This document shows positions 1-10,249 of a DNA stretch of 64,000 nt, one piece after another (position 1 is the stretch's first letter; each line of letters begins with the position of its first letter). A program made the translations under genes and the position numbers. The stretch is from the NCBI RefSeq assembly GCF_000315625.1, contig NW_005434662.1, positions 1-64,000 of the forward strand, given 5' to 3'. A model generated the notes under the pieces. It did not search any database, was not told where the DNA came from, and saw nothing but the letters and a program-made list of their open reading frames with translations. Origin of the DNA: Guillardia theta CCMP2712 (Eukaryota; Protista; Cryptophyta).

Positions 1-20
1 GCGCCTGCCGAAAATAACGT

Positions 21-146
21 AAACCCTAAACCCTAAACCCTAAACCCTAAACCCTAAACCCTAAACCCTAAACCCTAAACCCTAAACCCTAAACCCTAAA
101 CCCTAAACCCTAAAACCCTAAACCCTAAACCCTAAACCCTAAACCC
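21..146 (+). repeat. Terminal telomeric array (CCCTAAA)~18
   Basis: Near-perfect heptamer tandem array at the window start, C-rich strand on +, with one CCCTAAAA variant; TTTAGGG-type telomere. Confidence 0.95.
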
Positions 147-1265
147 TCTTCTTCCAATTTCGCAATTCTCTATTCAATGCCAATGACTGCAACGATTCAC
201 AAGTCGATTCTTTACACCTGGCATGCAAGAGTTCAGCGATCTGGATCTCTAACGGCCCCATCCTTTCGTGTGCTCCCACAACACCTTGAATACTATCCTT
301 GAGATTCTTAAACAGTAGCTTGATTTTGTCCACGTTCCTCCAGAAGGCTTCTTCAGACTCAAGTGGCTGTTTCGCTAGCGCTCTGAGCTGATCTCTCCCT
401 TCGTCCTCACGGTAAGCTCGATAAGCTCAGCTCCACTTCGTTGCTTCACATTCCAGCGTACCAGTGCCAAAGTTTTGAAGAATGCCAAAGGATAGTTGCC
501 TCCTCCTGACATCTGCCACTCTATGTCGAAATCATCCTTTAGCTTAACTCGAAAATAACTGTTCGTGCTTACAAGTACCTCAGCAATATCCTCAAATAAG
601 ACTTCCACCTCTTGTCGATCAGCTGAGGATCTGAACAACCTCGGTGATATTTGGTACTTGTGTGGAGAGAAAACCACAGATGAATCGAGTGGATTACCCA
701 TCTCTCCATCCTCTGAAGCACCATCAATCACATCCTCGCTGGCTGCGATTGCCTCCTCCTCGAATTTTCCTCGCAACTTCTTAAACTTGTCAAGAGCATC
801 CTTGAATTTCTTCCCATTCTTCCAAATGTACCCAGCATGCAGAAACAACGCCGTGACCTGAATCTTCCACTCCAGCGAAGAGAATTTTTCTAGACCTTCT
901 GGAGACGACTCCCACATTTCATGAAATTCTCCAACAAACGATCCAGTCTCGTCAATCGGAAACAAGTCCAACAGTTTTAAGAAACAAGCCCCAAGATTCG
1001 GACGAAAACGACTCATGGCACCTGAGAAAGGAAGGAACAGGTCCTCGAGTTTTTCCTTGGAGGTAACCTTCCCATGCTTCAGCTTGTCGACCTGAACATC
1101 ACCATGGCTTCGTTTCAACTCCTCTTGCAGATCTGGCATGCTCATGATCGTTAACTTGGAGTTACCAATACCGTTCCAAAAAAAATGAGTAACAGCGTAC
1201 AGTACAACAACCAGGAGCCTTAAAGAGCCTTCAAACTCGTTGTCGATTCGACGCACAAAGACCAA
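139..1265 (-). CDS. Hypothetical intron-containing gene whose reading frame ends in the telomeric repeats (possibly truncated or a pseudogene)
   Basis: ORFs 375..1265 and 139..333 join in frame through a 44-nt GTGAGG...CAG intron (367..410), giving ...IELT|PLESEEAFW...; the stop codon TAG comes from TTTAGGG; no recognisable domain; start uncertain. Confidence 0.5.
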
Positions 1266-1591
1266 GAGTCCTCAAACTCGTTGTCCTTGGAATCTTATCG
1301 TAGAGTCTTTTTGTATTCCTTTGTTCGTGAATACAAAAAGAAAATTTTCTTTTTGTATTGGAATCAATTCCTGACTCCTAGAGTCTGTGCACAGATGAAT
1401 GACTAGTAGAACAGCTCAACAGCTGACTGATAAGCCCAAAGACCAAGACTCACAGATGATGTGCGCACGAAGACACCAATGACTTTCACAGCCAACCAAA
1501 CACCTCAGATAACTCAGATCAACTTCCCAACAATCTCCAGCACTTTATTCCCAACACTCGTAGCAGCAAGACCAACCAAACAGCTCAGCTG

Positions 1592-1622
1592 TTAGGGTTT
1601 AGGGTTTAGGGTTTAGGGTTTA
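1592..1622 (+). repeat. Internal telomeric repeats in inverted orientation, (TTTAGGG)~4
   Basis: ttagggtttagggtttagggtttagggttta on the + strand, opposite to the terminal array. Confidence 0.9.
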
Positions 1623-2048
1623 AGTTCCCTTCACACACCACCGCCTTACTTCGGACCACTGTACGAGTGCTGCCTCTTCGACAGCCGGCGCCTCTTGATT
1701 CCTCCGGCGCCGCCTCAGCTTCCCCAGGCTCCAACCAACCGGATCTTCTAAGTCACAGACTAAGCTCCAGCCCACTAGCTTGGACCTGCAGGCTTCACTT
1801 GGTTCACAACCTGATTAGACGCATCCCTTGAACTTATCGCGTCTGAAAGAACTTCTGAGAGGTTTGTCAGAACCCAAGTTCTTACAATTAGATTGCTAGA
1901 ATGTTGCTCGGCCTCGTTGTGGGCTTTTGCAATTTGATCCTAGTCTAAAGAGGCGCTCGAGCACTGGGAGTACACGGCCTACAATGCGAACCCTGCTTCT
2001 GAGGCGTCTTTCTACTTTCTACTTCTGCTATCTTCTCTTGGCTTCCTC

Positions 2049-2342
2049 AGCCTCAGTCAGGAGAGTTGCCTCTCCTCACCTTGGCCTTCGGTCGCCACCT
2101 ACTCTACCTCCCTTCAGCTTCCTCAGCCTCAGTCCGAGAAGAGTTGCCTCTCCTCACCTTGGCCTTCGGTCGCCTCCTACCTTCTCTCCTTACCTTGAGC
2201 TCAGCTCAAGCTCGGTACGGGCTCGCCCCGTCTTCTTCCTCGCCCTCGCCTTGCTCTTCTTTCATGTCTTCCTCTTCTTCGCCATCTTCCCTCATCTCCA
2301 CCCGCAGTCGGTCCTTCTTGTCCACCTTCAGCGAGCAGGCCA
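2049..2342 (+). repeat. Subtelomeric ~295-bp direct repeat, copy 1 (contains an internal ~75-bp tandem duplication)
   Basis: Highly similar to 3169..3466 (agcctcagtcaggagagttgcctctcctcacc...ccttcagcgagcaggcc). Confidence 0.9.
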
Positions 2343-3156
2343 GCACATGCATCTCTGCGAATTTACTCAGTGCTATGAACAGGAAGCTAAGAGATCGACG
2401 CTTTATGTCGTCGCTCTCCGCCTCCTGCTCAAGCTCAGCAGCTGCCGTTGCCCGTGGCGAGAACGCGCTGCCCCTCCTTGCCTTCTTGCTCTCTCCTTGC
2501 ACGCGAGTCCAGCGCTTGCTCTGCAGCCACTTCCCCAGCTTCTCCTTGAGCGCGTTGCGTCCCACTCCCTGCTCCTCTGGCGTCTTCGCCCACTCTCCCA
2601 GCGACATGAACTCCAGGCTCCCCGGAGAGTAGAACGTGTCGTGGAGGTTGCCAACGGCCTTGTCCAGGACCAGCTTGATCGGCTCGCTCGTCCCCGCCTC
2701 GTTCAAAGAAGTTGCATCTTCGATGACTGCTGACAGCTCGCTGACGAGCTGCATGTCCTCTTGGCTTGACGGAGATGCTGCCTCCATTGTGATCCTCTCC
2801 AGGTCTGTGAACTCCAGCCACTCTCCCTCGCTCTCCTCCTGTCGCTGCGCTGCGTCGCTGGTGCCCCGCTGACCAGCCGCCTCAGGCTCCTTGTCGAAGC
2901 CGACTGCTTCGAGCTTGGTTGCTGCGCCTTCGAGATAGAAGGGCAGCTCCTTCATCATGCATCGAGCATCCTCCGTGGAGCCGAGGAGGATGCATAGCTT
3001 GGACCCGTTCCAGGACTTGGTGTTCAAATCCTCCTCCATGTCGATGCCTTCAACTTTGATCTCGAGCCTGTTAGCGATCTCCAACAAGACTCTCTTGACT
3101 CTTGCGATGGACGTGTTGCCGCCGTTCAGTGCACAGCCCCTCCATCTCCTTCCTCG
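2206..3156 (-). pseudogene. 5'-truncated hypothetical ORF (acidic C-terminus)
   Basis: 293-aa ORF; the frame stays open upstream to the telomeric seed at 3157-3169 with no ATG in that extension; its 3' part is duplicated at 3169..3466; no recognisable domain. Confidence 0.4.
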
Positions 3157-3169
3157 CCCTAAACCCTAA
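3157..3169 (+). repeat. Short internal telomeric seed CCCTAAACCCTAA
   Basis: Two heptamer units exactly at the junction where repeat copy 2 begins. Confidence 0.75.
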
Positions 3170-3466
3170 GCCTCAGTCAGGAGAGTTGCCTCTCCTCACC
3201 TTGCCAGTTGGCCTTCGGTCGCCACCTACTCCTCCTCCCTTCAGCTTCCTCAGCCTCAGTCAGGAGAGTAGCCTCTCCTCACCTTGGCTTTCGGTTGCCT
3301 CCTACCTTCTCTCCTTACCTGGAGCCCAGCTCAAGCTCGGTACGGGCTCGTCCCGTCTCCTTCCTCGCCCTCGCCTTGCTCTTCTTTCATGTCTTCCTCT
3401 TCTTCGCCATCTTCCCTCATCTCCACCCGCAGTCGGCCCTTCTTGTCCACCTTCAGCGAGCAGGCC
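3169..3466 (+). repeat. Subtelomeric ~295-bp direct repeat, copy 2
   Basis: Matches 2049..2342 with scattered substitutions and small indels. Confidence 0.9.
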
Positions 3467-4033
3467 ATGCTATCTCCTTCGTGTGCTTTGCGCCATGGGA
3501 GGGGGAGGAGACTCGGCGGGCTGCAGTCGGCACTCCGCTCTCCCTACACGCCGCTGATCCCAGTCCCCCGCGGGGCAGGATACTCGCCAGTCAGGAGGTT
3601 TAGTAGACGGTAGCCCGGCCTGTCGGGGGAGGCCCGGGATAGGCGGCTCACCAGTCTGGCAGGAGGCGGGGAAGCTTGTCACGCCCCCGTCACGGTGCAG
3701 CCTATCATCAGGCTCGCCAGTCAGGAGGCGGAGTAGCATTTGCTACCCATTTTTGAACCACCCCTTCAATACAGCTTTACCAAAACCCTTCTGTCGTGAA
3801 AGAAGTTGATAATGAGAAACAATCTCATCATTACTAATCAGATGGGAGAGAAGCACACGCCGGGGGTTGTTGCTTGCGCAGCAAGTCCAATTCATCCCTC
3901 AGGGGACTGAACTGCTTCTTCACGAACCAGATGCCTTGAGCTACGTTGACTGTGAGGGACGTAAATCTAAACACTGAGAGGCAAGCAAAGGTAGAATATT
4001 TAACTGCATTTCTTCGATCGATCTGCTTGTGCA

Positions 4034-4175
4034 GGTTATCTTCTTCGTGTTTTAGAAAGTTGATCGTCTACAAGCCTCGGCGGCAGATCAGAGAGACCAG
4101 AAGATGTACGACGACTGCTGGAAGGACTTGCTATCCCGGGAGGAAACTCAGCAGCTCCTGAGCTCCCTCAAAATC
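4034..4175 (+). pseudogene. Inverted, frameshifted fragment of the neighbouring RelA/SpoT-like membrane protein gene
   Basis: Reverse complement of 5298..5442 (region encoding VIFFVLNRRFIVYKSRRQIRGDQKMYDDCWKDLLSREETQQLLSSLKI) with small indels. Confidence 0.85.
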
Positions 4176-4223
4176 TTTTGATGACTTATGAGTTCCAACG
4201 GGTAGAAACAGAGCAAAGAGAGT

Positions 4224-4308
4224 CAAGCGAGAGGATTGAAGGAAGGGACGTGGGAAGGGAAAGACAATCAAGCAAGAGGATTGAAGGAAGGGACGTGGGA
4301 AGGGAAAG
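4224..4308 (+). repeat. Tandem duplication of a ~42-bp purine-rich unit
   Basis: caagc(g/a)agaggattgaaggaagggacgtgggaagggaaaga occurs twice. Confidence 0.8.
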
Positions 4309-4556
4309 ATTTAAAAGGCAGCAGAAAACGAAGAAGAGTAGATTGCAATTGATGAGAACGATGAGGAGGGATGTGGCTTGATCACAGCATCACTGAGATG
4401 CTTTTCGCATCTTTTTGTTGCTGATTTTATGCTTTTTTCGTTCCACTTTGATTTTATTTCAATTACCTCAAAACTTCACAAATCGGGCGAATCTTCATGA
4501 GAGCACACCTTTGTTCTCCCTTCATGCACTTGATTCATTTGTATCACCTCCATTCT

Positions 4557-7500
4557 CTACTCACATCGTGAGTTTCTAAAGATCACGTATCTCTTGTGCC
4601 CCTCCGCTGATTTCAGTGCCGCGAACTCTTCCAGCAGCAGCTGCAGCTCGCAGACGTGCCCAGCTACCCCCCACCTCTTCGCCCCCTCGTGGATCACCCG
4701 CAAGTTTATCCCCACGTCCCTGTAGCCTCCCGACGTCGACGCGTCGTAGTCCGGGTCGAGCCGGTTCTTGATCCTCACCACCTCCACTTCCGGGTCTTTG
4801 ATGATGACCTCCACGCACTCGACAAGCTGCCGCAGCTCTTTGAACACGATCGTCTGACGGACCACGTCTGTGAGCTTCAAGACTCTCCCAAAGTAAGACC
4901 TGACGAGCTTCTCGATGGCTCGGTTAGCGTTCTTGATGGACGCCCACTTGACCTGCGACGCCTTTTCTGCCTCCTCTGCGCACTCCCTCCAGCGAATTAG
5001 ATCCCCCTCCATTCCCTGAAAGTGTCCGTCGCTCGCCTCCGCCCAGGACTGCACTTTGCTCAAGAACATTGGCTCCAGCAAGATCGCCTGCGCGTACAGC
5101 TGGTCGAGGGACTCAATCTCCCTGTCCTGCTTCATAATCGTCCGCTTTGACCGCGTCAAGTACGTCCTAGCAAAGCTGCTGTTCTTTTGTCTCCTCAACA
5201 CGCTCGACAGCGGGTCAAGAATCGTAAGCTCCACCTCGCACAAGGCATCGAAGATCTTCAACTGCAGCGCTGGCTGCGGCCTTACCCGCCCGCATGTGAT
5301 CTTGAGGGAGCTCAGGAGCTGCTGAGTTTCCTCCCGGGATAGCAAGTCCTTCCAGCAGTCGTCGTACATCTTCTGGTCTCCTCTGATCTGCCGCCGAGAC
5401 TTGTAGACGATGAACCTTCTGTTCAACACGAAGAAGATAACCAGAGCAAGCAAGACTAGGCTGCTCAACCCGATGTCTGACTCCTTGAGCTTGGACGCGT
5501 CCCAATAGTATTGAGCCAGAGGAGGCAGGAAGGCTGAGATCGTGCAGTAGACGACGAAGGCCTTGAGCATGTAGCGCTCCTGGAACTGAACCACAAGACC
5601 CACCCACACGTCGAGCACTCCCCATGCGATGAAGAAGTCTCTCCGATTGGCATACAGAGACTCGGGGGACAAAGCAGCAAAGATCTCAAAAAGTCCGACA
5701 AGGTGGAACGCAGAGGTAAACAAGAGCTTTGCGAGCTGAACCTTCCCAAGCCGGGCGAAGATTGCGGCTCCTAGACAGCATATGCTCTGCAGCATCGCCA
5801 TGAGGAATATGCAAGTCGCTTGCCAGGTGAAGCGCAAGTCAACAAGAAGAGACTCGTCAGCACGAGGCAAAAAGTCTGATTGACAAAGAGGCAACAAAGG
5901 GAAAAGTTTGCAGCTTACTGAAGGAGGAATGACATATTTCCATTCCTTTCTGTCAACCGCCACGTCCTCAACGCCCTCTTCAGTCAGGTAGTGGAATGTG
6001 AGCGCATCTGTCTTGAGGTACGACATGAGCGCCGGAGTCAGCTTGATTTTGAAACCATTGGGATAGACCACATGAGGGAACGTGAAGAAGACCTTGTTCG
6101 CGACTGTCACGGATGAAGTCCAGTTGTACATCTGACAAGAATCTCTGACGAGGAGAAAGTCTTCTATCCTCACGCTATGGTCTTTGATAGAGATGTTCAT
6201 GTTCTTGTACCCTTCAAATGTGAACCTGGCATGCCTAACAGGTAAAACATGATTGGTGAAGATTAAATTCAACCGAAAGTTGTTGCTGTAAAGAATGATA
6301 AATCCGATCCCCGCAAGCAGCAGCAGCAGCTGAAACAAAGTCTTGTGCAGAACGTTCTTCAGCGGGTGTGACGAATACAGAATGCTCGTTGTATCAGCTT
6401 TCGACACGCCATGACCAGAAGATGTCAGGTATCTGTCCAGAATATTGCCGGGATACATGCTCTTGTAGATAAGCAGCGAAATGTCGGATTTCTCCTGCGC
6501 GAGAGACTTTGAGTAACCCATGGAGCTTGACATGTGGGTAGGAAGCAATGTCGCCGACGACGTCGACGACCGTCTCCTCCTGTCCTGATTTCTCTCTGTT
6601 TGCTCGTTCCCCCTCATAACTTCCGTCTCTTGTGATTGCCTGAAACGAAGAACGGTCTTCATCGACAAATACAACGCATGATGCTGCGAGTCTATAAGAG
6701 CATGGAGCGATTGTACCGCCAGTCTCAGCTCGCAGACGTGCCCAGCTACCCCCCACCTCTTCGCCCCCTCGTGGATCACCCGCAAGTTTATCCCCACGTC
6801 CCTGTAGCCTCCCGACGTCGACGCGTCGTAGTCCGGGTCGAGCCGGTTCTTGATCCTCACCACCTCCACTTCCGGGTCTTTGATGATGACCTCCACGCAC
6901 TCGACAAGCTGCCGCAGCTCTTTGAACACGATCGTCTGACGGACCACGTCTGTGAGTTTCGACGTGTCGCCATTGCACAACAGCAAAATCTTCTCGATGG
7001 CTCGGTTAGCGTTCTTGATGGACGCCCATTTGATTCGAGAAAGCTTGGAGCTGTCGTCCTTGCAGTCTCGCCATCGAAGGTAGTGCTTCCTCTTTGCCGA
7101 CGGGATGTTCATGAGAAAATATCCGTCGCTCGCCTCCGCCCAGGACTGTACCTTACTCAAGAACATGGGTGACACAAGTACCGCCTGAGAATACAGCTGG
7201 TCTAGATCCTTGCCCTCACACTCCCGCGCGTACTGAACTATCATGCTCGGCTGTGACGACGACGGAAGGGTAGATGTCGAAGAAGACAGCAGGGACTGTC
7301 TTCTCAGCCATGTGATCGAGGTTCCCCCCCCATCTCCTTCTACTTCTTCTTGAGACATTGTTGATTTAACCTGAGCCCGGCAGACAGCCTCCTTGAGCTC
7401 CTGTACCGCATTGAGCTCTCTCAGCTGCCTCCACTCCTCGTCGAATTGCTCTCCGAGGCCCGCTGCCTTGTTCATCATCCGCCTCCGAATCCCCTCTCGC

Positions 7501-8479
7501 AATCCAAGCAACGTCGCAAAGAAAACAAAGATGGCAAGGCACTTGTACGGTACCGTCGAGCTTGCAGCGATGCTGATGATTCGAATGAGCGACCCCACCG
7601 CTATCAGCTCAATAGTATATGCTTCCCATCGGATCAAAGGCAGGGGAAAAATCAACAAGTCCTGCCAATACAAAGTTCAATCAACATCCTTGACAACTGC
7701 CTCTGTCTCACCGTAAGCATGGCGATCAAGAACACATACCATGCGGTCCCCATCACCGTCCTTTCGCGTGCGGTGAGCATCATCTGTATAAACACACACA
7801 AGTTGCAAGCCGCATCTATCAGTCCACCCACCATGATGATCTGCAGGCAAACAAGACAGCTTGAGCAATCAAAATCACTGCCCACACAACTTCTCACCTG
7901 CTTGACTAGCCTCACACTCACCATGCTCAACATTCCTGCAGCCATAGCAATCACACCAACAAGGAAGTTGGTGAACACCTCCAAGAACGACTCCCAACCA
8001 CATGCTAGCTTTCCTGTTTCCGTCATGTCTGCCATGGAAAACTGTCGCACTCTCTCCTCAATCAGGTACGCGAAATACCCCGACCCGTGCACCTCCTTTA
8101 CCTTGAGCGCTATTGCAACAATCCAAGCAAACCCCCCGGCACCGAGCAAGAAGCGAAACCCAGTGAGCGCCATCGCTGCTGAGATCGGATCTTGTGAGAA
8201 GAGAACAAGCTTTGGCCTCTTCTGGTATATGACATTCTTGTTGAGGCTTCGCTGCATGTTGTCTCCTGGCAGCTGAGTGTACATTCGGACGAAGTCGGAA
8301 GTAAAATCTTGTCGTTGATCCCAGTAATCTTTCAAATCTACCGGGGAGATGAGAACTGGAGTGGAGTCCGATTGGATTGCCACGGATACTTCCATGTCTT
8401 CATCGCGGATCGAGCCAGCAGAGCCGCTGATGTCTTCAGCAATCATTCCTACTTCGGGAGAAACCTGATTGCTTTCCAT
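4557..8479 (-). CDS. Polytopic membrane protein with two RelA/SpoT synthetase-like (Pol-beta superfamily) nucleotidyltransferase domains, ~1,290 aa
   Basis: ORFs 7652..8479 and 4557..7673 join through a 50-nt GTGAGA...CAG intron (7662..7711; IAMLT|DLLIF); probable in-frame 57-nt intron at 7841..7897. Two hydrophobic blocks, each followed by a domain with IKNANRAIEK / LTDVVR / RIKNR / SGGYRD / CEL(Q/R)L / HxxY, in the order of the Rel synthetase motifs. Confidence 0.8.
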
Positions 8480-9932
8480 CGTATTTCGAAGTTGAGTGTG
8501 TCGATCTTTGTTACAAACTTGTATTCGTCGCCTACTCGAGGTTCTTTCTTCCGGCCTTCTTCCTTTTCTTTCCTCTCCTTTTCTCTCTTCGCCACCTCCC
8601 CCCTATCTCACTCTTCTCTCTTTCCCCCTCTTCTCCTATTCTCTCCCAATCTGTCTCTGCTCTGTTCTTTCCTCACTGCTACCCTCCGAGCATCTGGTCT
8701 CCTGCCCCTCCTCAGATCGTCTGTCCAAATGGAGAGGAGGGTACATTCTTAGTAAAGGGGCTAAAACATTGTACACTTAATAATGCTTTACTAGTAGAAT
8801 GATACTTGGCTGCGAGGAGTCCGCAGTGGTAATCTGAAAAAAAACAATATCCGATCCATCGTATTGACAGTCGCGGAGGGAGAGAGTACCCCTACTTGTG
8901 TGGCGTCAAAGTAGTTTTTAAAAAGGCACGAGTGACTAGCGCAGCGCCGAAGTGGCTAAAATCTTACTAATAAAACAATATATTTGTAGCACTTGTGTAA
9001 TAAAAATATCCTGGCACGGCAGTTATTATTATTAATAAAAGTAAAAGCATCACTCGAGGTCTTTCCAACTTTAGTTAACCTGGAGAAAGGGGTTTTAAGA
9101 TCTAGGTTAAATGCAGGTGACCCTAGCTAAAGATTCCAGTTATCAATTTGTACCACAACGATTGCTTTTTTTAAACTGTCAACGATTTGTTCCATCGATG
9201 CATTCATGCGGTTGCCATGCTATCCAGAAAGAATGCAGATCTGATGCGTATGCGAAGGTTGCGTTGCTGTCATATGAGATTCCAGCTGTCAATGCAGGAA
9301 ATCAACAACATGAAACGTACAGTATGAAATCTTTTATTGCATGAACTTCCTAAATTCAAGCAAATGCTCACAATATTTGTGTACCCTTCAGGATTCATGT
9401 CTCCGATCCATGGTGACCGCAGATGAACTCACTGGAATCTGCTTGGCTTGACACATGCACAGGAAGCGGTGACGTTAGCCCGTTGGAATATCCTCTTCAC
9501 CTCTGCCTGTTCTTGAACATATGCATGATACTATGGAAAGATGCTGTATGTTAATCATATGTACCGTTGAACATTACATTTGGATTCGTTATCATTGTCC
9601 TCGTTGAACACACAACAGGAAAGCTTTCAGTAACACAATCTTGCTGTCTCAGGATGATAGTTGATGTTATGTTGTCAGTCAGATGGAGAGAAAGAGGTAC
9701 ACGAGAAGGAAGTCGGACGAGGCTGCGCACGCCATGCAGTGTACGCTATGTGGAACGCCCTGCCAGGGCGCCGCTCGTCGGCTTTTACCGAGATATCGAA
9801 ACGTTGCGATTTAACCATTCAAAAACGCTATTCAGGCCCTGAGAATAGTAGTGACATAGTGGACCAAGTTAAGTAAACCTTTAGTACCTACGGATTCAGA
9901 GCTTCCAGACTCGAGGCTCTCTCGAGTGTCCG

Positions 9933-9989
9933 ACAGGGTCAAGCCGGGTTGATTATACTCGTACGAAATTTAACTTAACCTGACTAAAG
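9933..9989 (+). repeat. Degenerate partial copy of the dispersed ~155-bp island repeat
   Basis: cagggtcaagcc...tgattatactcgtacgaaatttaacttaacctgactaaag resembles the 3' half of the consensus. Confidence 0.55.
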
Positions 9990-10114
9990 ATATCACCGTG
10001 ATGACGGATGATTATTGAATTATCCTTTTTTAAAATGAGCACCTACCAACCAAGCCTGGCCTGGCACTCCAACACCCGTAGCAGCAAGACTGACCAACTT
10101 TGAAATAGGCTCCA

Positions 10115-10245
10115 GGATTGGGTTTGGTTCTCGCTGTCTTTTCTCTTCTCGCCGTTTGGCCTGTGCGACAGTGTCAGGGTCAAGCCTCCTCGCCGAGTCT
10201 CTCCTGATTGTCCTCGTACTGATTTTAACTTAACTTTGAGTAAAG
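10115..10245 (+). repeat. Dispersed ~155-bp island repeat, copy A
   Basis: gtttggttctcgctgtcttttctcttctcgccgtttggcctgtgcgacagtgtcagggtcaagcctcctcg...ctcctgattgtcctcgtactgattttaacttaactttgagtaaag. Confidence 0.9.
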
Positions 10246-10249
10246 AGGG

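Noticed and set aside
1927-3613. Plus-strand ORFs of 100-270 aa
   Set aside because: Antisense shadows of a purine-rich minus-strand ORF and repeats; low-complexity L/S/P content
1380-3740. Penelope-like/non-LTR telomeric retrotransposon with hammerhead ribozymes
   Set aside because: No RT motifs; CTGAnGA words (minus strand near 2050, 2125, 3710) lack a stem II plus GAAA; ORFs face the telomere
9050-9900. Short ORFs that might be a small gene
   Set aside because: Could not build a consistent exon chain or recognise any motif
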